A stretch of DNA of 63,585 bases, from positions 8,394,424-8,458,008 of the forward strand of contig NC_057758.1 in NCBI RefSeq assembly GCF_004010195.1. Reading direction: 5' to 3'. Origin of the DNA: Chiloscyllium plagiosum (Eukaryota). Positions within the stretch are counted from its first letter, which is position 1. Each line of letters starts with the position of its first letter. The position numbers and the translations under genes were made by a program. Under the pieces are notes generated by a model, which was not told the origin of the DNA, ran no database searches, and saw nothing but the letters and a program-made list of their open reading frames with translations. Shown piece after piece: positions 24,241-37,769 of this stretch.

Positions 24241-24385
24241 AAACCAAACTAGAAAAAGCCTGAACCACGAGACCTGGCCACAACTATTCAATTGTTAAAC
24301 TATACTCTCCGGCACCTCTGCCTTTTTATAACTCCAAAAAAAAACAGGTACGAAACTACTTTTTTAAAGTGAGAGACTCATCACA
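23859..24385. mobile_element. Probable solo LTR of a second LTR element (partial copy at ~22999-23379)
   Basis: Begins TGTGTC and ends CATCACA; CR1-like sequence resumes at 24386. Confidence 0.5.
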
Positions 24386-24616
24386 CGAGCTGGAGAAGAA
24401 ATCGTGGAGGCCCTGGCAGAAATGTTCACATCATTTGCAGCTACGGTTAAGTTTCCAAAGGACTGGAGGGTGGCTAATAGTGTGTATTTATTTAAGAGAA
24501 GTTCAAAGGAGAAGCCTGGGAACGATAGAACGAAGAGTCTGCGAAGAGTGCTTGCTATGTTATTGGAGAGGAAGCAGAGAGATAGAATTCACACGCATTT
24601 GGAGCAGCAAGGACTT
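24386..24616 (+). mobile_element. CR1 ORF2 fragment
   Basis: FPKDWRVANSVYLFK...KPGNDR. Confidence 0.85.
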
Positions 24617-25116
24617 NNNNNNNNNNNNNNNNNNNNNNNNNNNNNNNNNNNNNNNNNNNNNNNNNNNNNNNNNNNNNNNNNNNNNNNNNNNNNNNNNNNN
24701 NNNNNNNNNNNNNNNNNNNNNNNNNNNNNNNNNNNNNNNNNNNNNNNNNNNNNNNNNNNNNNNNNNNNNNNNNNNNNNNNNNNNNNNNNNNNNNNNNNNN
24801 NNNNNNNNNNNNNNNNNNNNNNNNNNNNNNNNNNNNNNNNNNNNNNNNNNNNNNNNNNNNNNNNNNNNNNNNNNNNNNNNNNNNNNNNNNNNNNNNNNNN
24901 NNNNNNNNNNNNNNNNNNNNNNNNNNNNNNNNNNNNNNNNNNNNNNNNNNNNNNNNNNNNNNNNNNNNNNNNNNNNNNNNNNNNNNNNNNNNNNNNNNNN
25001 NNNNNNNNNNNNNNNNNNNNNNNNNNNNNNNNNNNNNNNNNNNNNNNNNNNNNNNNNNNNNNNNNNNNNNNNNNNNNNNNNNNNNNNNNNNNNNNNNNNN
25101 NNNNNNNNNNNNNNNN
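24617..25116. other. Assembly gap (500 N)
   Basis: Run of exactly 500 N. Confidence 1.
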
Positions 25117-25219
25117 CACTGAAATGTCAAGAAAATGCAATTGAAGATTAATTTCATGCAGGTAAGAGGCCCAATAATTTTCAACAAAGCCAGCATGTTA
25201 CTACATACACAGATGTAAT

Positions 25220-25680
25220 GTCACAGAGCCATACAGAATGGAAACAGCCCCTTCAGTCAAAATAGTTTGGCCGAACATAATCCCAAGCTGCACCAGTCCC
25301 AGCAGCCAGTTTCTTACCTCAGTCCATCCAAACACATGAGCATTTCGGACTTATCTAAGTTTTTGTAAAAGCTGCAGCTCTTGCCACATCAACCGCTTCT
25401 TCAGCAAGTGAAATCCACGCGCGAAACTGCCTCAGGGCAAAATAAATAGTCTTGCATGTCTTTCTTAAATTCCTCTCTCGAATCACATTACATATAAGCT
25501 CTCGAGTTTTGAAAGCCTCATATCATGGAAAAGACACCGAATATTAATAATATCTATATCCATCATGGTATTATAAACCACTTTGAGGTAACCTCTTAAT
25601 TTGTTACGGTCCAGCAGCAAACATCCCATTCTATCCAACCTTAGTTTATAACAAACATCTTTAGTACCTGGTAAAATGCT
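25220..25680 (-). mobile_element. Old CR1 3' end
   Basis: Decayed reverse-complement match to the CR1 3' end at 10400-10845. Confidence 0.6.
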
Positions 25681-25999
25681 TGGTTTAAAAGAGGACAGTG
25701 CTAAGTTGAAAATCTTATTTCTTCATTACGGTTGATTCAGAATCAGTGTGTGATCATTCTAAATGAGGCACGCGTGTGATTTTACTTGTCATCAGACATA
25801 TATTTGGAAAGTAAATCCAATCAGTAAAGTTGAATTTAGATGTGTGTCTTAACATGGCCTTGAGTCTTATGCCATTTCGGTATCTATTCTTTCTAATGTT
25901 GCACTCACTATTACAACACATTTCAGAACTGATTCTTTCGATACACATTCACAGGTAAGTCTCAAATGTTTGCGGCCTCGTAGTGACAAATGCATAGAA

Positions 26000-26375
26000 T
26001 CATACAAGTTATATGATCCCTGCAGTATGGAAACAAGCCATTTGGCCAAGCATATCCACGCCTACCCTTCGTAGATGAACCCATCCAGACACCGTTCCCT
26101 ATCCTATAACTCGATATTTACCAATGGCTAATGCACTTAATATACACATCCCTGAAGAGTATGGACTATTTAATTTGGCCGATTCACCATAACTGCAAAT
26201 CTTTGGATTGTGGGAGGAAACCGGAACAGTTGGAGGAAACACACGCCCATATGTGGCGAAGGTGCAAAGCCAAAACAGACCACTAATTCTCTGTCATTCT
26301 TTAATTGGAGGAAACACACGCAGATAGGTGGCGAAGGTGAAAAGCCAACACAGACCAGCAATTCTCTGTCATTCT
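26000..26375 (-). mobile_element. Diverged V-SINE-type SINE with a local ~75-bp tandem duplication
   Basis: ttggattgtgggaggaaaccgga core; ttggaggaaacacacg...aattctctgtcattcttta occurs twice. Confidence 0.7.
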
Positions 26376-28689
26376 TTAGTTAGAATCGATGGTTTCAGAT
26401 TGGTTTGTTTGGACAAGTTGTTTCACGAGGATATCTGCAATTTTCTTGAATTTCTAGTTTGGCAACTTTTGGGTGTTTAAGTGATAAATTGATATTATGC
26501 CTAAATATGGCTAGTAATGCAAACTAAGTTCACGTAATGATATGAAATTACTCTTACTTTTTTACTGGACTCAATAGGAGGGGAGAGGGCACAATATGGT
26601 GTCTGATGTCATTGAAGATTGCTTTATGAATTTCTGCAGAGATGAAGAGAAGGGAATTAGATAAAGTTTAATATTTTACAAACAAATATCTACGGGATTC
26701 GAGAAGATTTCCGACAGCGAAGCCTCACATTTGGAGCATATTTAGTCTCGATTTAAATGGTCAATGTTGTATTTGCAATAAAATGCTTCATTAATACCAT
26801 TTCTGGGACAGCTACCGTCCTGAAGCCGTGGTAATCAAGGGTGGGGATATTTATGTTTTAAGACACTGTTTCCCTATCAGTGACTAGGAAATTTGGGCAT
26901 TCTATTCGGGCATTAGTGGGTCGTCAGGTAGTGAGAGAGATAACCGTTGTGGCAGAGCCTGTTTGGGATCATTTGTGTAGATGTCTAAAATGTTGAACAG
27001 AGTTATATCTGTTAAGCGTTACATTATCAAATCTAACAGTGGCTTCCACAGCGCAGTCGTCATTCTCCGACAGTAGGCCACAGCGACATTCTCAGAGCTG
27101 TTCAGAAAACAGCAAATGCTTCATGCACAGTTAAAACTTTATGGGAAACCCCTACAAAGTTGCTGCCTACGGGTATTCCCGAGGACATTAAGTTTTACCT
27201 TTGAAAACGCCCCCAATGAAGTGATGACCAGAAGAAATGTATATTGTTCTGTCAAGAATTCCATGGCAATAATGACGTGTTGCACTACTCTCAACCTTGG
27301 TAAAGTGCAACATGTTTTTATTGCGAAGAGTTCTGCAAACTTGCCTCAAAAAGATTCAATTACGCAGTTATCTTTGAATTAAAAACGAAATTGCCATGAC
27401 TGTTTCTCAAAGTGGATGACATTACACTTTGGGGGATTGAGGCTAATTACTTCGTTGGAGTTTGGTCTTCAGTATAATGAGTGTCTGTGTTGAATTTGGC
27501 GTGTTATTCTATTAGCTGGATTCATCCAGCCACATGTTATCTGCTTTTTCATCCAGGTAACTGTTTATCCAATCATCTTTCAGATTCAGTGAAACCAGAT
27601 TTAATTTTCCAAATATTTATTTGAACATGGTGTCTTCTAATAAAATAATGAAAACATGAATGGACTTATACACTAACATTGAACCTGCTCAGAAACACAG
27701 GCCTTCTCAAAGTGTCTGATCTTTCCTAAACACCAGCTGCTTCCGAGGCAGTGAAACAGGCAGGCAAATTAAAGGACAAAGAAGGAACCATTAGGTCAAT
27801 TTGAGATAGAGTTGAAAGCAGGACAGTTTAAATGACAAAATGTATGTAACTCAATGCACATAAGTAGTTGCTTGCCGTGACAAATACTTTTCAGTCACAG
27901 TCCATAGTTGGTCTTGGATATGAAAAGCTAGTTGTCATCTGCTTGTGTTTACATAATTACCGTAATAGGATACTCAATTTCTTCCTGGTACAGCAAAAGA
28001 TCCACAATAGACTTTCGATGCTACGATTTGCCTTGTCTCATCCTCTCTTAAAACTCTGAAATGCATTCAGTACAGAGTAAAGATAATTGTCTACAACAGT
28101 TTAACCTTATAACATGCCGGATAAAGTCAGGGAAGGCATCTAATTGAGTTCCAGGAATCTGATATATTTCCTTCAGCACGTATTTATGTTGTGTCAGGCT
28201 TTCAATGATCAGTATGTCTGCATGCAGTACATGCATTAGCACTTTTGTTTCACAAAATACTTTCACTGAAGAACAAAAATAATAACGTGGTGATATGAAT
28301 TACTCAGTAACAGCACCTAACTTTTGAAATATTTCTTGTATTGCTGTCACAAAGCTTAGTTTTTACTGAAAGCTTTCCTGAACGATACTGTTTATTTGTT
28401 TTTCAGAGTGGTTTAAATCAGGCCGGGCTCTAAAATGGTGAAGCTTGGTACAGAGATAAATTATACGTCAACAGAAGAGCAATAATCATTCCTGTCCCTG
28501 TTGTGTCCATGTCTCCAAAATGGCAACGACATCGAAGTCCAAGGTAGCAACCCATGATGGATGTTTACCAACCGTATTCCGAAGCTCTTGGCGGTGAATT
28601 GGAACATGACACAGCACTTTCTTCATGCTGCTATAACCCTGGAAAATTTAAATATTACTTATGGTCTCACGAATCGTAATCTTCGGTAC

Positions 28690-29270
28690 ACTGGTGCCAA
28701 AATTCAGATTCCCACCCCCAGAATTGGTTTAAATCCTCCCAAAGAGTATTCGCCAATCTCCCACCCTCAGGGTATTGGTACTCCTATGATTGAGGTGAGA
28801 CCATCATGTTTAAAGATTTTCCGCCTACCCCAGAATGGGACCCAATGATATAATTATATGCATCCCTCCCTCCTGTATCATACCTGTAGCCACTTGTTAA
28901 ACTGCTCTCTCTCCCACTTCGTCGCCTTGCCAGCACATGGCACGTTAAGAAACCAAAGATACCAACTCTGCTGGTTCTCACTCCAAGATTCCACGCTTGC
29001 CTCCTGAATTTCTGCCTTTAGTTCCGATACCTTTTCTTACACATATCGTTTTTGCCGGTATGGACCAAACTTGGGCTGGTACCTCTCCCCCTCAGGACCA
29101 GAAGATATGATCGAAGACATCGTGAAACCTGGAACCGGCGAGGCAACACACCAGAAGCATGTCTCACGCGTTCCCACAGAGTCTCCTATCTGTCATTCTA
29201 ACTGTGGAGTCTCCAATAACCAATATTTCACTCCTCTTCCCCTTTCAAAGACAAGGGATCCTTGTGTCCA
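28690..29270 (-). mobile_element. Old CR1 ORF1-like fragment
   Basis: Pattern (gtttaaatcctccc...ccccagaatgggacccaatg...cctccctcctg...tagcacatggcac) resembles reversed elasmobranch CR1 ORF1; heavily decayed. Confidence 0.45.
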
Positions 29271-29914
29271 AAACCATAAATCTCACCTGGTGTATTTAAG
29301 CACAGAATCATCTAACAACTATCAGATTTAGTCACGCTCAAGGAATGCTTATTTGCAGCCATTTTCCCAAACAATGCGATAACCTCCTCCGTGTAGGGTT
29401 TGTGTCACCATCTGGGCAGGACAAGCAGATTTGACAGCTCAGTAATGTTCAGTCAAGAGGCAGTTGTCTATCAAGTGGTCCACATTCATCCTGAGCCCCT
29501 TGAAGACTCAAGGTTTCAAGTTAAAAATCTTCAGAAAACATTGTGCTAATTACTATCTCCCACATCGATCGGATCACTCCTTCTGTACTTGAAAACATCG
29601 TGACGTGTGCAAAGGACAGAGATCTAATTCTCGGTGGGTAACATCAATTAACATCCTCAACAGTAGATGAGCAAGCACAGTGATCCGGCAATAGGTGACA
29701 GAATGAAAAACAAAAAGAAGGCTGAATTAAATGGGACAGACTTCAAACAGATCGGGAAACTCACATCGAGATATTCTTGAGGCATATTGTGCCGTCAACA
29801 GCAGCAAACGTATTGTTGCAGGATCTGCACAGAATTTGCAATCTCATGGGATTCCATTCTTTAGCATTAACGTCAAACCAGGTGGTCAACACATGTTCAA
29901 TGAAGGATGCAAAA

Positions 29915-30232
29915 GGCTCGGTGGCACAGTTATTAGCACCGCTGCCTCACAACGCCAGAGACCCAGGTTCAATTCCCGCCTCAGGCGACTGGCTGTGTGG
30001 AGTTGCAGATTCTCCCCGTGTCTGCGTGGGTTTACTCTGGGTGCTCCGGTTTCCTTCCATACTCCAAAAATGTCCACGTTAGATGAATTGCCCATGTTAA
30101 ATTGCCTGTAGTGTTAGGGGAATGAGTCTGGGTGGGTTGCGCTTCGGCGGGTCGGTGTGGACTTGTTGGGCCAAAGGGCCTGTTTCCACACTGTAAGTAA
30201 TCTAATCTAATCTAATCTAATCTAATCTAATC
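29915..30232 (+). mobile_element. HE1/V-SINE-type SINE with (TAATC)n tail
   Basis: ggctcggtggcacagttattagcaccgctgcctcac head; central domain; tail repeat at ~30197-30232. Confidence 0.92.
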
Positions 30233-31864
30233 AAAAAAGGCTATGCCAAGAGCAGTAGCAGCCAATATAGGAATATGAGGTGCCCCCTGGTGAAGCTGCA
30301 ACACAGAACGACTTGCACACGCGAAAAAGCATGAAAGTCAAATCATAGACAGATTTGGATGGTTTCACAACTAATGGATCGACGTAAGCTCTGCAGTTGC
30401 CACATTTCTCATCGTGCGTGCAAGGCTGATTCAAATCGAATTATTCACTATAGGAGGGGCCTTCTCATAACTGATAGGGGAAATCAATCCATCGGTGCAA
30501 CGCACTATGTTGAGCTATTTGAAAAGCACCTTCAGCCCGAAATACTGTGTGGATAATTCATCAGAGCCTCCTCCCGAAGTACTCAGTGTCTCCAGTTAAT
30601 TCGATTTATTCCACGTGATACCAGTCAACCACTGGAATCGATGTGTCATGCAGAAGCTCTTCATCCAGTCGATATTCCAACAACGACAAATGTAGCAGTA
30701 CGTTCCAGAACTTGCCAAGCACTAAAAAGGATTATTACAATAAAGCCAGAAGACCAAAATCTACCCGACAGCGTGAAAAATTTACCAGTTATATCATCTA
30801 CACGAAAAACAAAATTAATCAAGTCTGACCAATTTCATTCCCATAAGTCTTCTCTTGATCATTGATAAAGTGAAGAAAAAAAGATCAACAATGGTATAAA
30901 GTAGAACTTAATTCACAATGACTCGATAATTGGTGCTGGCAATGTTTCCACCATCTGCTGACCTCATTACCTCCTTGATCCAAAAATAAAGCAGACGAGC
31001 TGAGTTTAGAGCTGAGGTCTTGCTATCATCTTCAGAGTTGATTGAATGTAACACCCCAGAACCTTCAGTGAACTACAATCTAAGAAGTTTCTCCACAGTT
31101 TCGTATCATATCTAAACGAAGATGTCAAGTTGTATTCATGTCATTTCAGCCCGAAGGTATTTCTTCAGAGTTCGACAGAGGAGCGTCCTAGCACAACTAT
31201 TCTCAGCTACTTCATCAATGACCTTCTTCCAACCGTAAAGGCTGAAGTGGGGATTTTACCGTATGATTTCACAATGTTCAGCAAAATCTATAACTGCTCA
31301 GATACTGAAGCAAGATTTGGAGAACATCCAGGCCTGGCCTCACAAGTAGCAAGCAATGTTTGCGCCAAAAATGCCAGACAACTACCAAATCTAAACATGG
31401 AAAACTGGGCATCGTCCCCTCACATTCAACGGCATCAACATCACAATCTCAATTTAACAGCATCTTGGGATTAGCATTAACCAGAAACTGAACTGGACTC
31501 ATAAAAATTCAATGACGAAACAAACAGAGGAGAGACAAGGAGTGCCGCAACAATTAGTTCACCTCATCATTCTCGAAAGGCTGTCTGCTCTCTACAAGAC
31601 ATTCCAGGATTCTGATAGAATGCATCCAGTTTACCTGGATCAGTGCGTGATTACTCCTCATCCATGGCCAGACAATTCAGCAGTTTTCACAACTGTTCAA
31701 ATGTTGCAACGATCCATGTCAAAGTTTAGCAATATCTGGACAATGTTGAGGCTTGGACAGAAAAGCAGTAAGCAACATTCGTGGCACACAATTGCAAGGC
31801 AATGGCCTTTCCGAACAATAAAGAAACTTTCTCATCTTGTAAAAATGCAATAGCATTATTGTTT

Positions 31865-32190
31865 TTTTAAATTCAATTAACAGGATGAGGGCATTGCTCG
31901 CTAGGTCAGCATTTATTGCTCATACCTTATTGTCCACGGGACAGATTAATGTCAGCCACATCGCTGAGGGTCCGAAGAAAGAGACAATTCCCTTTTCTAA
32001 ATGACATTCATGAACCAGATGGGTTTTCCAGAACAATCGATGTTGGAGTTATGATGATCATCAGATTTATTACTAATTTTTTTGTTGAATCGCACTGTCT
32101 GCCATACTAGGATTAGAATCCAGACCCGCATATAATTCCCTGGATCTCTGGATTAACAACCCAGCGATAACATCACTCGGCCATCACTTC
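31865..32190 (-). mobile_element. Old SINE (SacSINE1/DeuSINE-like)
   Basis: cagcatttattgctcatacc and aatgacattcatgaaccagatggg resemble the reverse of the element at 53100-53360. Confidence 0.5.
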
Positions 32191-32369
32191 CCTATTCTCA
32201 AAACTGGATTCCCACTCGCAATTTTCTGTCATTTGCTATTGACCGTAAGCAGAACTGGTTCTATCCCTTTCTGAATTCAAAATTTCATAGTACACCGTCT
32301 ATCCTGGCAATTTCACCCCTTCAGTGTGCATGTTCTATTTGACTTTGAGTGAGCAAAATATCAAGACAT

Positions 32370-32700
32370 AAGCGGCGACATTGTCTCAGTTGTTCGTCCT
32401 CCTGCCTCACAGCGCCAGGGACACGGAATCGATTCCAGCCTTGGACGATTATCTGTGTGGAGTTTGTACACTCTGCCTGTGTCTGCGTGGGTTTCCTCCG
32501 GGTGCTCCGGTTTCGTCCCACAGTTTAAAGATGTGCTAGTTAGGTGGATTGGCCGAGCTAAATTGCCCATTGTGTTCAGGGATGTGTAGGTGAGGTGCAT
32601 TAGTTAAAATAAATGGCCTGGGTGGTTTGGTCTACGGACCATCAGTGTGGACTTGTTGGCCTGAAGGTCCTGTTTCCACACTGTAGGGCTTCAATGATTA
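32370..32700 (+). mobile_element. HE1/V-SINE-type SINE
   Basis: ctgcctcacagcgccaggga head; tgtgtggagtttgtacac...gtgtctgcgtgggtttcctccgggtgctccggtttc. Confidence 0.9.
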
Positions 32701-34619
32701 TATAAAGACATATTAATGGAGACAAAAGAGGATCACACAGCTTTTGTGATGGCGCTGCTGGTGAAAGGTGATTAGGCCTGCTGTGCGCAGATGTAGACAG
32801 TAAAGATGCTGTGCAAGGTTAGGAGATAGGGGAGGTCGTCGAGGAGTGAGAATAATTGAAGAAGATGATTCATTCACTCACGACATTGACTAGATATAGA
32901 CAATGGTGGGTGGAGGTCGCATAAATGGAGACAGTTTGGGGTGTTTCAGAATAGAGATAGTGTGCCGACACTTTTGGTGTGGAAAATGTCATCGAACTTC
33001 TTCCTCTTTTGATGGAAGTTCGCCCAGAAGACTAGGAGTACATGGACCAACGGCCAATCCTCAGATTTCAATTACTGGTGTTACTAACTTCTGTACCGTT
33101 TCTGTTTGATGATGAAGTCCCTCCTCTGCGCCATCCTAGCCAACAGTGCGCTAGGAGAATTTCCACAACGTGGACCGCTAATGCCGCCTCTTTTTTTGGA
33201 ATTTCCACGATACAAAATTCGCAAACTGTTCAGAGCAGGTCTTTGCTGACAATTCAGGTGTGCAATAATCTTTTACAAATGGCAGCAGAAAATGAAGGAC
33301 GTTCCATTCTTGGTTATCTTGTCAGTAATGAGTTTGTTCCGTTATGATAATAGGAACATTAGACTCGTATCAGACAAACAATCATTTCACAGAGGACGTG
33401 GCTAACGAATAGGATGAAATGACAAAAAAACTGGCTGAGACCTGACCACAGAAAAAAAACCTTCCGGAAAACAATAAAAATTATATGCAGCCAAAGTATC
33501 AGGAACGAAACCTCATTGTGTCTTCAAACTCACACACAATCCTGACTGCTAAACATATCAAAATTCCTTCACTGTCGTTACGTAAACGTCCTGAACACCC
33601 CCTTCCAAAGAGCGTTCTTTGCATACCGGCCCTAAACTGGACTGCAATAGTTCCAGAATTGCATTAAACCATCACCTTCCCTCCGAAATTAGGCATGAGT
33701 TACAAATGGTGACCCAACCAAGGATGCTGTCGCGCCCTGAATTGACTGTGTGCTCAGTGTGACCACAGCCGTTCAAAAATATGTTCTGGAATTTACCATA
33801 ATCGTTACCGCTGCATCGGTGATTGGGAGATTGGTGGAACTGAGGTCAAGTGATGTTTCCCTCTTGCTATTTACCCTACATGACAGGTGGCGAATCAATC
33901 TCATAAAACGTGATTGGTGGGTGTGAGATCCCCTCCGTCTCTACACAAGCCCATCTCAATGATGAACGTCTAAGTCGGCAGAGGATCCTCTGTCTGGTCT
34001 GCGTTGACTCCTTCCGAGCTTCCTCCGAGTGGTGTTCAACTTGGAGAGACGACACATTCGTCAGTTAAGGGAGCGTGTATGGTGGGAGTCAGCAGGATTT
34101 CTCATTTCCTGCATTTCCTCTTATTTTATGAGCCCTCCCAAAGCCTGTTCTAAACATTGATACTTTCCAGGCCATGCTATTCCCGGATGTATACAACTGT
34201 GTTGTTTCAGCTGATTTGTCTAACCTCCCAATGGGAAAGCACAGGACGAAAACAAGACGACTGAAGTACAGATCAAAAACACTGTTTCTTTCTGTTCTGT
34301 TTCCCGATAGATTTAACTTTCTCTATTTCACTGTCAATTCCTTTATTTCATTGTTGCACTCTCCTCTTTACTCTGATTTTTTTCTTCAGTGTTCTCTCAT
34401 TTTGTCTGTAATTTTCTGTCTCACTATACCGATCACATCAATCTGCTCAGATAGTTAAACGTGTGAGATTTTAAGCTATTTTAAAACTGTTCAATATTTG
34501 CATCGGAGGCGGATGTGACTGGTATAAAGTCGCCATCCTGTCCATCATTCCTAAGCAAAGTTGCAAGGAATGAGCTATTCCTGAACTTGATCTACAAAAT
34601 CACTTGCTGTCGGTGGACT

Positions 34620-35010
34620 TCCAATAAGAACACTCAGTCTAATATACACAAGGGGTCCTTAGGGTAGAGAGCATGATTATTGCCTCTTCGGTCCTACTCG
34701 TGCATGTTAACCAGATAGCATAAATTAATCCAGTCCTATTTTTCAGCATTTGGCACCTTTCGCTTTGAACCATTCATATTTATGTATGATCGAGATACAT
34801 TTTAAGTGTAGTAATCGCATAATCCTCCACGACTTCCTCTGGCAGCTCATATCATATGTAGACCACCGTCTGTGTGAAATCGTTGTAACTTGAATATCTT
34901 GTAAAACTTTCCCCTTACTCCTTAAATCTATGCTTTGTCTCCACAAACCTTGGAAATTGATCTTTGATATTCAATCTATCTATGCCTATCACGATTTCAT
35001 GTACTTCAAT
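34620..35010 (-). mobile_element. Old CR1 3' end
   Basis: acttcctctggcagctcatatcata is similar to the reversed CR1 C-terminus. Confidence 0.6.
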
Positions 35011-35011
35011 A

Positions 35012-35101
35012 ACCTGATGAGGGAGCAGCGCTCCGAATGCTGGGGCCTCCAAATATACCTGTTGGACTAATACCTGCTGTTATGTGATTTTTAACCTTGT
35101 A
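35012..35101 (+). mobile_element. Short family B HHR-headed insertion (core mutated)
   Basis: cCTGATGA-g-GGAGC-agc-GCTCC-GAAtG followed by cctgttggacta...gtgatttttaac; reverse-complement homolog of ~6500-6595. Confidence 0.7.
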
Positions 35102-35979
35102 AATCAACGTTGCCAATTTCCGATTCGCCTTGGTAAACATATTCGAAAATATTCCTCCGCTTACATTCCTTCTGAAATAAAGCCAAGGACCGCCAGAATG
35201 GAGCTGTCCAATATGATTAAAATTGCTATAAGAGAAATTCTTCCATTCGTTATTATATCATTTGAAGCTCTCTATTGTGATTGTTTTTCTCTGATCTTTT
35301 TTTTTATTCCTCTGTCTTCCTGGTGACCTTAAACTCACTATTCAAAGATGTGATTGCCCCATTTGCATAATACCTTCTTATTTTCATTGTGTTTATCACA
35401 GCATTTTCCTTTAGCTGCAGTTATTCATCAACTATGAAGCAAAGTCAAAACAATCGATTCAAACCCTTTTTAATGCCCTTTGCTTTCTTCATTGTTTCTA
35501 TCAGTTCTCATTTTCTTAAATTGTGAACTTTGATTGAAAATTACACGTCTCCTTCGGTCAGCATGCAATTAACTTGATTCTGTTGCACCTTTACACCCTC
35601 AGGAAAATGCCACAAATTGACTGCGGACCACAGATAAAAGATGAGATTGCAGAACAGATGCAATAAGTTTTGCTCAAAATTACCAAACAATGGGAGCGTT
35701 GAGAGATGAAAAGTGGATAGAACAGGGTAATGATGTTGTCGCAGTAAATAAGTAGACATCATAACTTTACTGTGTCTGACAAATTGGTACTATTAAGCCG
35801 ATTGCTCAAAAGTAAGGACATCACCTTTAATCCGACAACTTTAAGAATACCTGAAAATGTACATGTAACAGAAGCTGCAAAGATTTTTCACAGGAAGATC
35901 TGTCCATGCAATATCATCCGTGATGACAGAACGAATCTGAAGAAAGCTCAAAAAACAGAAGGCAAATCGACTCTTGGAG

Positions 35980-36418
35980 TCATTCAGAAGTACATCACGG
36001 AAACCGACCCTTAAGTCCAACTTGTCGATGACGACCAGATGTCCTAACCTGATCTAGTCCCATTTGCCAACACTTGGCCTATATCCCTCTGAATCCTTCC
36101 TATTCATATACCTATCTGGATAGCTATTATACAGTCATCTAGTCATAGAGATGTACAGCTCGGAAACAGACGATTCCATCCAACTTGTCCATGCTGGCCA
36201 GATATCCCAACCCAATCGAGCCCTACCTGCCAGAACCGGGTCCTTATCCTTCCAAACCCTTCATATTCATATAACCATCAAGATTCATTTTAGATGTTGC
36301 AATTGTACTGGCCTCCACTACTTCCTCTGGCAGCTCATTCCATACCCGTACCACCCTCTGCGTGAAAACGTTGCCCCTTCGGTCCCTGTTATATCTTTGC
36401 CATTTCACCCTTTCAGAT
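35980..36418 (-). mobile_element. Two CR1 3'-end fragments
   Basis: GNVFTQRVVRVWNELPEEVVEA on the minus strand. Confidence 0.85.
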
Positions 36419-36419
36419 G

Positions 36420-37620
36420 TGGCAGGGACAGATGAACTGGCAGAATGGAATGAAGTTCTGACACCAAAGAGGGAGAAAATCAGGACCCTTCTGGGTCGTT
36501 CTTCCATCACTGCCGCATCTGAAAACAGGGGGACCGACTCACTCCAATATATACAACATGTGTGTCATTTTCAAAGAATGCAATTTTCCCTCCCACATGG
36601 TCAACAATGCCTTCCAGCACATCTGTCCCACAACCTGCAACTCTTCCCTCGAACACCAACCGTCCAATTGCAAAAAGGTCAGCACATCCCTTGTCCATAC
36701 CTTCCACCACAACGACCTCCGGAGAAAAAGCAACATCCTCGCCTTTTAGGCCACCGACAAACAGACCCCACCATCAGAGATATAGTTACCTCCCGACACC
36801 TATCTCTGTTCCACAGAGTCCCAATCATCCACAATTCCATTGTTAGGTTCACGCCCCACACCAACACACCCCTCACTATCGGCACCAGCCCTTGGCGCCG
36901 CAGAAGATGTAAAATGTGCTCCAAAACCTCGCTTCCGATCCCCATTCAAGACCTCAGAAACCCAACGACATTCGAGAGAAATTTTCCTGCCCCTCCACAT
37001 ATGTCATCTACTGTGCTCTTGGTCTCAGTGTGGTCTCCACTAAAGTGGTTAGACAAAACGTCAACTTGCAGAACGGTTCAGTGAACATCTCTGCGACGCA
37101 CTTTCTAAAATATACCTCACCACCCTGTGCTCTGACACTTCAACTGCCTTTCCGACTGCGCCAAAACATGAAAGACCTGGCCATCCACCGCTGCCAAATG
37201 ATATCTACGCGATGCCTGAAGGAAGTATGCCTCATCTTCTGCCGTGGGACCCTCCAACCACAGAGGATAAATATCGATTTCACCAGTTTCCTCATTTCCC
37301 CTCGCCCCAACCTTATGCCACATCGAACCATCCAAATTTGCACCATCGTGTTAAACTGCATTACCTGTCCATCTTCCGTCTCACCTCGTTATTCCATCCT
37401 CCACTTCGACCTATCACCATCACCCTCAAAATTCATCAACCTCGCGCTCAGCCAACTTCGCCCCAGCTCACCACCTCCCATTTATTTCTCAGGCTTCTTA
37501 ACGCCCCCTTCCCCCCCGCCACACCATATTCTTGATGACGATTTATGCGTGAAACATCGATTCACTGCAACTCGGATGCTGCGTGAGTAGTTATGTTCTT
37601 TTTCCAGCACCACACGTTTT
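36420..37620 (+). mobile_element. Decayed PLE 3' half (Cys-rich linker, GIY-YIG, degenerate family A HHR at ~37530)
   Basis: GTSPWRRRRCKMC, FSCPSTYVIYC, LIFCRGTLQPQRINIDF; cttgatgacgatttatgcgtgaaacatcgatt. Confidence 0.8.
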
Positions 37621-37769
37621 GACATTTACACAAATGGTTAAGAAAACTATGGTTGTTAGTGCGTTTGCGATGATTATGGCTGGCCAGCCTCTTCCCAGAA
37701 ATGGAAACAGTGATTTGGGGAATGGAATGGAGAAGTCAGAGATGGAGCAGTTGAAGGTAACAGCAAGGT

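Larger units (their letters stand above)
29350..34200 (+). mobile_element. Ancient CR1/L2-group LINE fragments with nested SINEs; last ~500 bp probably inverted
   Basis: RT-like segment at 31160-31290 (ILSYFINDLLPTVKAEVGILPYDFTMF); decayed endonuclease at ~29400; tail at ~33550-33720. Confidence 0.5.

Noticed and set aside
25854..25960. ATG...CAG|GTAAGT with a hydrophobic translation (MALSLMPFRYLFFLMLHSLL)
   Set aside because: Could be an exon, but it is phase 2, I found no partner exon and no recognisable family; insufficient support.
26600..27250. Possible ancient Tx1/L1-like LINE remnant (similarly ~32720-33350)
   Set aside because: Only a vague resemblance; no diagnostic motif I can defend.
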